Assembly: GCA_016788905.1 (NCBI GenBank)
Contig: JAEURZ010000002.1
Location: 95,383 to 159,382, forward strand
From: Elusimicrobiota bacterium
GTDB lineage: Bacteria > Elusimicrobiota > Elusimicrobia > FEN-1173
Length of the DNA: 64,000 bases
Direction: 5' to 3'
Shown: in pieces, positions 36,988 to 46,527 of the stretch
Layout of the letters: each line of letters starts with the position of its first letter
How positions within the stretch are numbered: the first letter of the stretch is position 1
Program-made: the position numbers and the translations under genes
Notes under the pieces: generated by a model
What the model was told of the DNA's origin: nothing
Database searches by the model: none
What the model saw: only the letters and a program-made list of their open reading frames with translations

Positions 36988-38289
36988 AATATGGCGTCGC
37001 TCGACAGCGGCGAGCGTCTCCGAGGCGTCTGGATCCGGGGACGCGTGTTGTCCTTGAAAAACGGCGGGCAAGTCCGCTACGCGAACGGCGTCCCCCTCGG
37101 CGAAAACGACCGCGTGCTCAATGACGTTGTGAAGTTCTCGGATATTCCCGGGCCACGGGTAAGCGTTGAGGCACGCCAGGGCCTCCACGGAAAGAACGGT
37201 CGGTCCGCGGCCGCGAACAGCGGACTGGAGAAAAAAACTCGCCAAGAGAGGAATGTCTTCTTTTCTTTCCCGAAGCGCGGGGAGGCGGAGGGAAAACACG
37301 CCCAACCGGTAGAAAAGATCCTCACGAAATTGGGATTGACGAACCATAGATTCCAAGTCACGGTGAGTCGCGGCCACAAAACGAACATCCACCGCCTGTT
37401 CGGTGTTGCTCCCCAAGCGTCGAAAACGTTTCGTCTCCACCACACGCAACAGTTTGGCTTGGAGAGGCAGGGGCATGTCGCCGATTTCATCCAGCAAGAG
37501 GGTCCCGCCGTTTGCCATTTCCAAAAGGCCCCGTTTCATTCCGGTCGCATCCGTGAACGCCCCTTTCTCGTGCCCAAAAAGTTCGCTCTCCAACATGGTT
37601 TCGGGGAGGGCGCTGCAGTTCAGGGGAATAAACGGTCCTTCTCGACGGGTGCTGCGATTGTGGAGCGCGTGGGACACCACCTCTTTTCCTGAACCCGTTT
37701 CCCCCCGAATCAGAACGTTGCACTGGGTTGGGGCAATGCGGTTAAGAAAATCCGCGACCCGTTGAATAGACGGACTTTTACCGATCAAATCAGGAACAGA
37801 AAAGAGGTTGGACATGGGCCGGGGCCCCACGCCCCGCTGAGAAGACTTACGTTTTTGCCGGATTCTGTCGATAACTTCCATCAGAGCACGCATTTGAACA
37901 GGTTTGGGGAGAAAATCAAACGCGTCCAATTGAAGTGTTCCCAACGCCGCGCGCATGCTGCCGGCCCCCGAAATCGTGACCACATCGGTCGAGGGATGGA
38001 CTTTTTTGATTTGGCGCAACATTTCAGTTCCATCCATCCCGGGCATGAACAGGTCCAAGAGGACGATGTCGGCGGCGGCATCTTTCAGGGTTTGGAGTCC
38101 TTCCTCCGCCGAAAAAGCCAGGTTGACCGTGTGGCCCTTCTCCGTTAAAGCGCGGTCCAAGGCATAAGCCACCGATCGATCGTCATCAACGATGAGGATC
38201 GAAAATGTCATTTCCAAGGGCTGTGAGGGCGAGGCCATGGGGGATCGCGTCCTTTCAATGCGCGTTGTGTCTGTTGGTGTAAAATTCAT
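36874..38289 (-). CDS. sigma-54-dependent response regulator (NtrC/FlrC/FleR family: REC + AAA+ + HTH)
   Basis: Receiver ILIVDDD..D; Walker A GETGSGKE; GAFTGA-loop variant GAFTDA; C-terminal Fis-like HTH; true start probably M27 (38211). Confidence 0.9.
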   Translation of the reverse strand: MNFTPTDTTRIERTRSPMASPSQPLEMTFSILIVDDDRSVAYALDRALTEKGHTVNLAFSAEEGLQTLKDAAADIVLLDLFMPGMDGTEMLRQIKKVHPSTDVVTISGAGSMRAALGTLQLDAFDFLPKPVQMRALMEVIDRIRQKRKSSQRGVGPRPMSNLFSVPDLIGKSPSIQRVADFLNRIAPTQCNVLIRGETGSGKEVVSHALHNRSTRREGPFIPLNCSALPETMLESELFGHEKGAFTDATGMKRGLLEMANGGTLLLDEIGDMPLPLQAKLLRVVETKRFRRLGSNTEQAVDVRFVAATHRDLESMVRQSQFREDLFYRLGVFSLRLPALRERKEDIPLLASFFLQSAVRGRGPTVLSVEALACLNAYPWPGNIRELHNVIEHAVVFAEGDAVRVADLPAVFQGQHASPDPDASETLAAVERRHILKVYDTCNESIETAATRLGLSETVTRSRLKRYGRLPH

Positions 38290-38299
38290 AGGCCGTTTC

Positions 38300-38328
38300 T
38301 ATATACCCCACGTCTCGAGATCTGTCAA
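38300..38328 (-). promoter_or_regulatory. sigma-70-like promoter TTGACA-N17-TATATA (minus strand) upstream of the sigma-54 activator gene
   Basis: Perfect -35 hexamer, 17-nt spacer, 4/6 -10. Confidence 0.5.
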
Positions 38329-38336
38329 GAGTAAAC

Positions 38337-38363
38337 TCAAGGTGTCCGCCAATGGACCGATAA
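38337..38363 (+). promoter_or_regulatory. candidate sigma-28 promoter TCAA-N15-ACCGATAA upstream of motA
   Basis: Same TCAA-N15-(G/A)CCGATAA architecture as the flgM promoter; motAB are typical sigma-28 genes. Confidence 0.4.
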
Positions 38364-38399
38364 TACCCTTGTCACGTATTCTGTACGGGGGGCTCTTCA

Positions 38400-39176
38400 T
38401 TGAAACCGGATTTGGCATCCATTATTGGACTTGTGTCCGCCGTGGGCTTGATTCTCCTGGGCCAACGCCTCGAGGGCGGACACATGAGTTCCATCATGCA
38501 ACCGACAGCCGCCCTCATCGTTTTCGGTGGGACCTTGGGGGCCACGCTCATTGGGTTCCCCCTCCACGTGGCCACTGGAGCCGCGAAAAAATTAGTGGCG
38601 GTTTTCTTTGGCCCCCACCACAACGGAGTGGAAGTCTCCCGTGCTCTCCTCAGTTACGCCACCTTAAGCCGCCGAGAAGGGTTGTTGGCTTTGCAAAAGC
38701 CCCAGTCCGAAACAAAAGATCCTTTTTTTGCCAAGGGACTCCAACTCTTGATCGATGCCACTCCTGAAAAAGCCCTGCGGGAAATGATGGAACAGGAAAT
38801 GACCCGGGAGGAACACCATGATGAGGAATTTATCAAGTTCTTCGAAGCCGCGGGAGGATATGCCCCCACGGTGGGAATCATCGGAGCTGTGTTGGGGTTA
38901 ATTCACGTTATGGAAAACTTGGCTGATCCCTCCTCTTTGGGCGGTGGGATCGCGGTGGCGTTCGTGGCCACGGTTTACGGTGTGGGGTCCGCCAACTTGG
39001 TTTTTCTTCCGGCCGCCACGAAACTCAAACACCACAAAGAAGACAGCACCCACCATCAGGCGCTAATTTTGGAGGGATTGATTTCCATCCAGCAAGGGGA
39101 AAACCCCGCCTTGATGAGTGAACGGTTGAAAGGGCATCTCTCCGTTAAAGACCAAAAACTCTTGGACGCGAAATAA
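38400..39176 (+). CDS. motA: flagellar stator protein MotA
   Basis: 4 TM, MotA/TolQ/ExbB channel signature GAVLGLIHVMENLADPS; TTG start. Confidence 0.85.
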   Translation: MKPDLASIIGLVSAVGLILLGQRLEGGHMSSIMQPTAALIVFGGTLGATLIGFPLHVATGAAKKLVAVFFGPHHNGVEVSRALLSYATLSRREGLLALQKPQSETKDPFFAKGLQLLIDATPEKALREMMEQEMTREEHHDEEFIKFFEAAGGYAPTVGIIGAVLGLIHVMENLADPSSLGGGIAVAFVATVYGVGSANLVFLPAATKLKHHKEDSTHHQALILEGLISIQQGENPALMSERLKGHLSVKDQKLLDAK

Positions 39177-39179
39177 GCC

Positions 39180-40061
39180 ATGGCCCGTAAACCTAAAATC
39201 CCGGAACACGTCAATCACGAACGGTGGCTGGTCTCCTACGCCGATTTCATCACTCTTCTCTTTGCGTTTTTTACCGTCCTTTACGCCACCGCCCAAACCG
39301 ACGCGGGAAAAGTTAATAAACTGGTGGGGGCCGTGGAACGGTCTTTTAGCGCTGGGATGTTTTCAAGTGGAAGCAACGAACTCATGTTTGTGACACCCGG
39401 GAACACCAGCGGTCGAGAGATTTTGGATATTGGGATGAACCTGAAAGACGTTGAAAAAAACATCTCTTCGCAACTTAAACGTGAAGGGACTAGCGCAGAC
39501 AACATTAAGCTGGAGCGCCACGCTGAAGGCCTCACCATTCAACTCCGAACGAACACCTTTTTCACCCCGGGGTCCGATGCCCTTCGACCGGAAGCCTTGG
39601 CCATTCTTCCCGGGGTGGTTGATGTGATTAAAATGTCGAAACATAAACTGAGGATTGAGGGCCATACCGATGACATGCCCATTCATAACGAACAATTTTC
39701 GTCCAACTGGGAATTGTCTACCGCTCGGGCCCTCTCCGTTCTACGGTATTTAATCCTGAGTGGGGTCGCTCCCTCACGATTGGCCGTCGCTGGCCTCGCT
39801 GAATTTAAACCCCTTCAGCCCAACACCTCTTCGGAAGGTCGATCTCGAAACCGCCGGGTGGAAATTGTCATTCTGGAAAACAAGCCATCCTTCTGGGCAA
39901 ACGTCAATAAAAAACAAGGGAAAGTGGAACCGACGATCTCCGCATGGAAACCCCTGATTGCGAACGATCACGTCGCACCCAATCCATCGGAACCACCGAC
40001 CTTGTCCCCCGTGCAAGAAGAAGCACCCACAGTCCCGGAGCCCTCCCATGGTCCCCATTGA
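39180..40061 (+). CDS. motB: flagellar stator protein MotB (OmpA-like C-domain)
   Basis: N-terminal TM with conserved Asp (YADFITLLFAFF), OmpA domain NRRVEIVI. Confidence 0.85.
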   Translation: MARKPKIPEHVNHERWLVSYADFITLLFAFFTVLYATAQTDAGKVNKLVGAVERSFSAGMFSSGSNELMFVTPGNTSGREILDIGMNLKDVEKNISSQLKREGTSADNIKLERHAEGLTIQLRTNTFFTPGSDALRPEALAILPGVVDVIKMSKHKLRIEGHTDDMPIHNEQFSSNWELSTARALSVLRYLILSGVAPSRLAVAGLAEFKPLQPNTSSEGRSRNRRVEIVILENKPSFWANVNKKQGKVEPTISAWKPLIANDHVAPNPSEPPTLSPVQEEAPTVPEPSHGPH

Positions 40062-40575
40062 TCCAGCCCCCGGGGCCGGTCGTATGCAGGTGAAAGGCCA
40101 TTTGCCCTTGCACTGGCGCCTCCTTGGAAAAGAGGAAGCAGAATGTGTCCGATCTCTCATCATGGACCGAGCGGTGGCCCGCTCCTGGACGGCCCATCCG
40201 GAAGGCCACGTGAGCGTTTCAGAAGAAATGGCTCCGGTGGTAAGACGGTTGAACGAAATCGAACAAAAGATTGACCGACTTCAAAAACATTTGGACCGAA
40301 CCGGGGCGCCCCCGCTCCCAACCCGCCCGCTCACCCTAGGAACCGGGAATTGCGTCCTCACACCGCTTCCGGAAGAAGTTTTCCCCCCAGCGGGAGATTG
40401 GGTTGAAATCCGGTTTGTGATCCCGCCTGAAAACGAAGATGAGATATTGGTTTTAGGACAATCGACGGGAAACGGGGCCTTTGAGTTCACTATTTTGGCC
40501 CAGGACCAAATGGATCGTTTGGTGCGCTATCTCTTAAACCGCCAAAGACTCGCCCAAGATTACCCGCACCTCTAA
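40048..40575 (+). CDS. hypothetical protein co-transcribed with motAB
   Basis: ORF overlapping motB stop; no canonical PilZ motifs; start uncertain (40048 or 40084). Confidence 0.35.
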   Translation: MVPIDPAPGAGRMQVKGHLPLHWRLLGKEEAECVRSLIMDRAVARSWTAHPEGHVSVSEEMAPVVRRLNEIEQKIDRLQKHLDRTGAPPLPTRPLTLGTGNCVLTPLPEEVFPPAGDWVEIRFVIPPENEDEILVLGQSTGNGAFEFTILAQDQMDRLVRYLLNRQRLAQDYPHL

Positions 40576-40648
40576 AACATTTCGATCTCCCCTCCAGATA
40601 AAATTCTGATAAAGTTACCGGAGTTAAGAACCCCACGAGGAGAAATTT

Positions 40649-43321
40649 ATGCCCACACCGCTCTGGCACACCCTTTCCGCGGAAGATACCGCAGTTCACC
40701 TTCGGTCAGCTCCTGAAGGATTGACATCGACGGAAGCCGCTCAACGACTGGCCACCCATGGCCCAAACGAATTGCAAACAACCCAACGCGTTTCTCCCTG
40801 GACACTCCTCCTCGCGCAGTTTAAGAACGTCCTCATTCTGATCCTTCTTGTCGCCGTAGGTCTCTCCGCCTTTTTGGGACACGGGATCGAAGCGATCGCC
40901 ATTCTCGTCATTGTCCTCTTTGCAGTCATCCTGGGGTTCGTTCAGGAGTTTCGAGCGGACCGGGCCATTGAAGCCCTCCGCGAAATGGCGGCCCCCCGTG
41001 CCGCCACCATACGGGACGGGAAAGAAATTGATGTGCCCGCCCGGGAGTTGGTCCCGGGAGACGTCATTTTTCTTCACGCGGGGGACCGCGTACCCGCTGA
41101 CGCTCGGCTGTTGCAAGCCATCAACCTCCGGAACGAGGAAGCGTCCCTGACAGGAGAATCATTGGCCGTTGAAAAAAGTACGGAAACATTCCTCCGCCCT
41201 GATTTGCCCGTGGGGGACCAACGCAACATGGTCTTCGCCGGAACAGTTGTCGCCTACGGTCGAGGGAAAGCCCTGGTGGTCACAACGGGAATGGCAACGG
41301 AATTTGGACGTGTGGCCCAGCTTCTCCAATCGGTGGAGACGGGACGGACGCCCCTCCAGAAAAATCTAGACCGGGTGGGACACATTTTGGCTCGAGGCGC
41401 CTTGGCGATCGTGGCCGTGGTCATTGGACTTGGCCTTTGGCGCGGGGAACCCCTTGTGGAAATGTTCATCTTTGGGATCGCGCTCGCCGTGGCGGTCGTT
41501 CCCGAAGCTCTTCCGGCTGTCGTAACGATTTCGTTGGCTATTGGCGTGCAACGGATGTCCAAGCGGAACGCCCTGGTTCGCCGCCTCCCCGCCGTTGAAA
41601 CCCTGGGAGGCACTTCGATTATTTGCTCGGACAAAACGGGAACTCTCACGAAAGATGAAATGACCGTCCGAGCCCTGGTCACCCATGAGGGCGAAATCGA
41701 GGTCACTGGAGCCGGGTATGGCCCTATAGGGGATTTCCGGGTCAAGGGAGAAATATGGCCCGTGGATGAGCCCCTGAAAGCGCTCCTGCGGGCCGGGGCA
41801 TTGGCGTCGGACGCGCTGATTCATCAGGAGGAGGGCCGGTGGCGTCTCAAAGGAGACCCAACGGAAGGAGCCCTCGTGGCCGCGGCCGCCAAAGCAAATA
41901 TGATGAAAGGCGACCTGGACCGAGATTTCCCTCGTCAGGATGAAATTCCTTTCACTTCCGAATCGAAACGGATGACCACGTTGCACACAGGGCCTTCCGG
42001 GACCGTGGTGGCCTTTGCCAAGGGAGCCCCGGAGGTTATCCTGGGATCGTGCGCCTTTCAATGGGGGGCCGCGGGGCCTCAGGCGATGGACGCCACCGCT
42101 AAAGAAAAATTTTTGGCGGAAGCTCGACGGTTGGCCGAAAAATCCTACCGGGTATTGGCGGTGGCCGAAAAACAAAGCGCCGTTCGGGAAACCGCGGAAA
42201 CCGCGATGACCTTCCTCGGATTGGTCGGCATGATGGACCCGCCACGGGCCGAAGCCCGGGAAGCCATCGCCCGATGTATCGTCGCGGGGATTAAACCCGT
42301 CATGATTACCGGGGACCATCCCCTCACCGCCCAGGCCGTGGCCCGGGAGTTGGGGTTACCCGACAGCGAGAAAACGGTCACAGGACCCGAGTTGGATCGA
42401 TGGACCGATGCCGATTGGGCGGAACGGTCAGAAGGGATTGGGGTATTCGCCCGGGTTTCCCCCGCGCACAAATTGCGCCTGGTCTCGGCCCTGCAAGAGC
42501 GGGGACACGTGGTCGCCATGACCGGGGACGGGGTCAACGATGCGCCGGCCCTCAAGAAAGCCGACATTGGCATCGCCATGGGCATCACCGGCACCGGCGT
42601 CACGAAAGAGGCCGCGGCCATGATGTTGACGGATGATAATTTCGCGTCCATCGTCGCCGCGGTGGAAGAAGGGCGAGGGATCTTCGATAACGTGAAGAAA
42701 TTTCTCATGTATCTGCTCTCCGCCAACGTCGGGGAAATGGGCCTCATGCTGGGGGCGGCTCTTTTGGGGTATCCCCTGCCGCTCACCGCGGTTCAAATTC
42801 TTTACGTCAACCTCGCCACGGACGGATTGCCCGCCCTGGCCCTTGCGGTGGATCCGGCCGATCCGGACCTGATGCACCGCCCCCCTCGACCAATGAACCA
42901 GGGGATATTCACTCGGCCTGTTGTGTTGTTAATGCTTGTGGGAGGGTTTTGGTCCGCCGCGGCCAATATCGGTCTGTTTGCATGGGCACTCAAATCCGGC
43001 CGCCCCCTGGAAGAGGCCATGACCATGACATTCCTTTCCTTGGTCTTTATTCAGTTCTTTAAAGCTTACAACCTCCGCTCGGATCGGCACTCCATGATGA
43101 GGAAACCCTTCTCCAATAAATGGCTAAACCTGGCCATCCTTTGGGAACTCCTCCTGTTGCCCTTCATTGTGTATCTACCGTTCCTCAATGTGCCCTTTGG
43201 GACCTACGCTCTCACTGGGATGGATTGGCTCATCGTGATTGGGGTTGCCCTCACCATCACACCGGTATTGGAAATCGCTAAGGGGATGGTACGGCACGGC
43301 TGGTTTGGCCGTTTAACTTAA
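40649..43321 (+). CDS. P-type cation-transporting ATPase (type II, Ca2+/Mg2+-like)
   Basis: DKTGTLT phosphorylation site, KGAPE, TGDGVNDAPAL, 10 TM, PEGLP. Confidence 0.9.
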   Translation: MPTPLWHTLSAEDTAVHLRSAPEGLTSTEAAQRLATHGPNELQTTQRVSPWTLLLAQFKNVLILILLVAVGLSAFLGHGIEAIAILVIVLFAVILGFVQEFRADRAIEALREMAAPRAATIRDGKEIDVPARELVPGDVIFLHAGDRVPADARLLQAINLRNEEASLTGESLAVEKSTETFLRPDLPVGDQRNMVFAGTVVAYGRGKALVVTTGMATEFGRVAQLLQSVETGRTPLQKNLDRVGHILARGALAIVAVVIGLGLWRGEPLVEMFIFGIALAVAVVPEALPAVVTISLAIGVQRMSKRNALVRRLPAVETLGGTSIICSDKTGTLTKDEMTVRALVTHEGEIEVTGAGYGPIGDFRVKGEIWPVDEPLKALLRAGALASDALIHQEEGRWRLKGDPTEGALVAAAAKANMMKGDLDRDFPRQDEIPFTSESKRMTTLHTGPSGTVVAFAKGAPEVILGSCAFQWGAAGPQAMDATAKEKFLAEARRLAEKSYRVLAVAEKQSAVRETAETAMTFLGLVGMMDPPRAEAREAIARCIVAGIKPVMITGDHPLTAQAVARELGLPDSEKTVTGPELDRWTDADWAERSEGIGVFARVSPAHKLRLVSALQERGHVVAMTGDGVNDAPALKKADIGIAMGITGTGVTKEAAAMMLTDDNFASIVAAVEEGRGIFDNVKKFLMYLLSANVGEMGLMLGAALLGYPLPLTAVQILYVNLATDGLPALALAVDPADPDLMHRPPRPMNQGIFTRPVVLLMLVGGFWSAAANIGLFAWALKSGRPLEEAMTMTFLSLVFIQFFKAYNLRSDRHSMMRKPFSNKWLNLAILWELLLLPFIVYLPFLNVPFGTYALTGMDWLIVIGVALTITPVLEIAKGMVRHGWFGRLT

Positions 43322-43345
43322 CCCCCAACTTTCAGTGGGGCGAGA
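43322..43345. terminator. weak hairpin between convergent ATPase and OMP genes
   Basis: cccca-N8-tgggg; no U-tract. Confidence 0.2.
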
Positions 43346-43358
43346 GAACCATGGGAGA

Positions 43359-44162
43359 CTATTTAGAAGTGGCGAACCGGGTTTCGATCTTAAAGAAAAG
43401 CCCCTGGAGAGTGGTTTGTTGACGGTTGTAAGAGATGACAGCGCCGTCCGTTCCTTCCAGGTGGATACGTCGGTTCCCCTGTCCGAGAATGAACCAATCT
43501 TGCCAGAGCCCCCCCATTTCAATGGAAAGCCGGGGGGTTATGCGCCACCCCAACCCCGCTTCCCCTTGAAAGATAGACCCGGCTGATGCGTCGGTCTTCG
43601 CGTCAAAAAGCTGAACATAGTAATGGACGGCCGTTTGCCAGCGAAAAAAGAAACGGGCCCCGTGGGTTCCAGCAAACCCAAAACCAATACCCTCGGCGGA
43701 AATTTCGTTGACGTCATCTACCCCCCCGGAGGCACCGGTTCCTTCCACAACAAAATTTTCCCGCTTAAAGATTTCGCGGACCACGGAAAGATGCACGTGG
43801 GCCTCCACCGGGATCCCCACCATCGGACGATGATAGGTGACAAACAAATTGGTAAACCCCACATTCATCTGGTTCGTTTGATAGGGTGTCCCTGTCCCGT
43901 CTGAAACGGATTCTTGTCCAAACCTCCCTCCTCCAAAAATCCCCGTGTGCTGAAGACCGAGACCCCAAAACCCCGTGGGCTGGGCGGTTTGTGTCCATTC
44001 CAAACGATAAAGGGGTGCTGTGTGGCCTTCAAAACGGTTGACGTAACTTTGGGGAAGAATCTTTCCTTCGCCCTTATAGCGCAACGATGCCGAGGGGGCC
44101 ACGGTCATGGAAAAATCTCCCGCATGGCCGAGGAATCCCCAAAAAAGGACCACTGACCCCAT
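43359..44162 (-). CDS. secreted Gly/aromatic-rich protein, possible outer-membrane beta-barrel
   Basis: Signal peptide MGSVVLFWGFLGHA; alternating aromatic/Gly pattern; no catalytic motif. Confidence 0.4.
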   Translation of the reverse strand: MGSVVLFWGFLGHAGDFSMTVAPSASLRYKGEGKILPQSYVNRFEGHTAPLYRLEWTQTAQPTGFWGLGLQHTGIFGGGRFGQESVSDGTGTPYQTNQMNVGFTNLFVTYHRPMVGIPVEAHVHLSVVREIFKRENFVVEGTGASGGVDDVNEISAEGIGFGFAGTHGARFFFRWQTAVHYYVQLFDAKTDASAGSIFQGEAGLGWRITPRLSIEMGGLWQDWFILGQGNRRIHLEGTDGAVISYNRQQTTLQGLFFKIETRFATSK

Positions 44163-44178
44163 CAGGATAAATTTCACG

Positions 44179-45009
44179 TTAATACGTCCAACCCAGGGCA
44201 AGAAAGGCTCCGAACAGGTCTGTTTTGTTGATGGGCAAACTGGCTGTCGCACTGGACGATGTTCCGGGAGTAAAACGGCGCCCTCCGGGGACTAAAATCT
44301 CGTAGAGTTGTCGGGTATACCCAAGGGAGAGACGCCATCGTTCCCAAGCCAGCCCCCCCTCCATTCGCAAGGCGTAAGTGTATCCGCCCCGACGGATCGA
44401 CCCATCCTCTGAGGTGAGTCTATTCTTGGTCCATAAATAGTGTCCCAAGAGGATTTCACCGTCCCAAAACAAACCGGGACCCCTCGCCCACGGGTGGCTT
44501 ACCCCTTTCCCATGGAACCCCAAATGGGCCCCCAAAGCGGCATGGATTTCCCGAGAAGCTCCCGGTTCTGGATTTCCTTGAAATACAATATTTTTTTGAC
44601 GGAGGCTTTGGTAAGCCCCATTCATTCCCAGAACACCTTCGATGGACGATCCCACCAACGGACGCCGAAAATCCACCCAAAGGGATTGGAGGGACAGGCG
44701 CGCTTGCCCTTCCTGGGCCAAATGAGTTCCGGCGCTATTCCCAAACTCCGCGTAATACGCAGACCGGTTCGCCCAATATTGCGTTTGAAATCCAAGATGG
44801 GGAGAGAGCTCCTCTCGCCAACGGATTCCCCCCACCGGCGTCCAAGGTTTCACTTTGAGCTCCCACCCGCTCGGGGATTCGCGGTATCCCACCCCTTCAT
44901 ATTCAACCCGCGCCTGGGGAACCCATTGGAGGGAGACTTCCCCCCCTCTGAGGAGAGGAACGTAAAAGAGTAAAGTGAGACAGGAGAGAGAAATCCAGTT
45001 CAGGGACAA
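44179..45009 (-). CDS. secreted protein, possible outer-membrane beta-barrel (C-terminal ..GWTY)
   Basis: Signal peptide; terminal aromatic residue; tandem with similar gene. Confidence 0.4.
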   Translation of the reverse strand: MSLNWISLSCLTLLFYVPLLRGGEVSLQWVPQARVEYEGVGYRESPSGWELKVKPWTPVGGIRWREELSPHLGFQTQYWANRSAYYAEFGNSAGTHLAQEGQARLSLQSLWVDFRRPLVGSSIEGVLGMNGAYQSLRQKNIVFQGNPEPGASREIHAALGAHLGFHGKGVSHPWARGPGLFWDGEILLGHYLWTKNRLTSEDGSIRRGGYTYALRMEGGLAWERWRLSLGYTRQLYEILVPGGRRFTPGTSSSATASLPINKTDLFGAFLALGWTY

Positions 45010-46109
45010 TGGGAGGCGAGCATTCGTTCGTAGAGCGCGATCGTTTTTTCCACCATCGTGTCTATCGAGTAGTGAGTCGTCACATTTTCCTTGGCCGCAC
45101 GAGCCATCTCTTGAGCCTTAGATCGGTCGGCCAAGAGATGACGGATGGCCTCGGCAAGAGCCGCCGCGTCACGAGGGGGAACCAAACGGCCTGTTTTAGA
45201 ATCTTTCACCAATTCCGAGTTTCCTCCCACATCCGTCGCCACAACAGGAACACCCATACACATGGCTTCCCGAAGGACACCTGAAAACCCTTCCCCCGCC
45301 AAAGAGGACAACACGCTCACGTTTAAGAGCGAAAGGACCTCCGGGATATCCGTGCGAAACCCCGCCAACGTCACGTGATCGGAGATTCCAAGCGCCCGAA
45401 CCTTCTCTTGAGCTTCCGCGCCATCGGTGTCTTTGCCCACCAACAAGAAGTGTGCGAAGACCCCAGCGTCCAGAAGGATTTTGGCCGCGTCCAGAAAAAA
45501 TGTTTGCCCTTTCCACCAACTGAAATGGGTGAGGTTTCCTACCAACGGTTTTCCAATGGGGAGACGGAGTTCCCGTTGAATGGTTTCGGCCGCGGGGCGC
45601 GGCGAAAACCGTCGAACGTCCACTCCACTGTGAATCACGGTCACTTTTTCGGGTGGGACACCGCCTTGAATCAAGATCCGACGAATATCTTCCGAGACCG
45701 CCACAAAAGTTCGGATATTCCCTGACCGGTATTTCCATTGACTGAAAATGTTCCATTTCTTTAACCGAAAAGAAACGCGCCGCGAAACCACCAAACGGGG
45801 GATGGACGCAAAAATACCCGCCAAAAGGGCAATGGCGTGTGCCCGAGGATGATGCGCGTGAACAATGTCCGCTTTAAAGAGACGGATGGCTTGGGCCAGC
45901 TTCCAGGCCGCAACAAGGTCATAGTCTTCCCGAAGTCGGCATACCGTGGACTGGACCCCGCTTCCCGGAACATGGCGCAACAACTCACTTTCCGGTGGAC
46001 AAAAAAGAGCGGCGTTGTGTCCCCTCTTCATCAACCCCACGCAGAGGTTCCACAACTGAACCGTTCCGCCCGACCAACTTCGACTTTCAGTGACGTGCAA
46101 GACCCGCAT
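45000..46109 (-). CDS. GT4-family (GT-B) glycosyltransferase
   Basis: MRVLHVTESRSWSGG N-term; E..G.P.V.T..GG and EGFG motifs. Confidence 0.8.
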   Translation of the reverse strand: MRVLHVTESRSWSGGTVQLWNLCVGLMKRGHNAALFCPPESELLRHVPGSGVQSTVCRLREDYDLVAAWKLAQAIRLFKADIVHAHHPRAHAIALLAGIFASIPRLVVSRRVSFRLKKWNIFSQWKYRSGNIRTFVAVSEDIRRILIQGGVPPEKVTVIHSGVDVRRFSPRPAAETIQRELRLPIGKPLVGNLTHFSWWKGQTFFLDAAKILLDAGVFAHFLLVGKDTDGAEAQEKVRALGISDHVTLAGFRTDIPEVLSLLNVSVLSSLAGEGFSGVLREAMCMGVPVVATDVGGNSELVKDSKTGRLVPPRDAAALAEAIRHLLADRSKAQEMARAAKENVTTHYSIDTMVEKTIALYERMLASHCP

Positions 46110-46111
46110 GC

Positions 46112-46411
46112 TTATTGGATTTCCATGGCCATCTGATCCATGGCCGATTGCGAGGCGGCGATGGCTTCGTTGGCCTTGTCCACCGAATCCTTGGCTTTCT
46201 CCGTTGCGGTAACCAACCCATCTGTATAACGTGTGACCGAATTGTCAACCTGAGGGGTCGGCTTAACTTCTTCTTTGCACCCAGAGAACAAGACAACCAA
46301 TAGCAACAAACCAAAAAAGGGACTCTTGAGCCGAACGAAGGGTATTCCCTCTCCCGCGGGCGGAAGAGGGGGAGGGAGAGGGAATGTCCTAGATGGAAAA
46401 CGGCCCCTCAT
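46112..46411 (-). CDS. small helical lipoprotein
   Basis: LLLVVLFSGC lipobox; start taken at M (track ORF longer); weak. Confidence 0.35.
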   Translation of the reverse strand: MRGRFPSRTFPLPPPLPPAGEGIPFVRLKSPFFGLLLLVVLFSGCKEEVKPTPQVDNSVTRYTDGLVTATEKAKDSVDKANEAIAASQSAMDQMAMEIQ

Positions 46412-46527
46412 CCGGCTCTTCAGCCCAGCTTCTCCAACGGAGTGGAGAAGGAATTCTTTTTTAAACTCTGTCGCGCGCTTCAGAACGATAAAGAGATGCC
46501 CTAAAAAACTACGCATGAAAATCTCCT

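Noticed and set aside
38412-38430. TGGCAT-N5-ATTGG resembling a sigma-54 element
   Set aside because: Lies inside the motA coding sequence and has TTGG instead of TTGC at -12.
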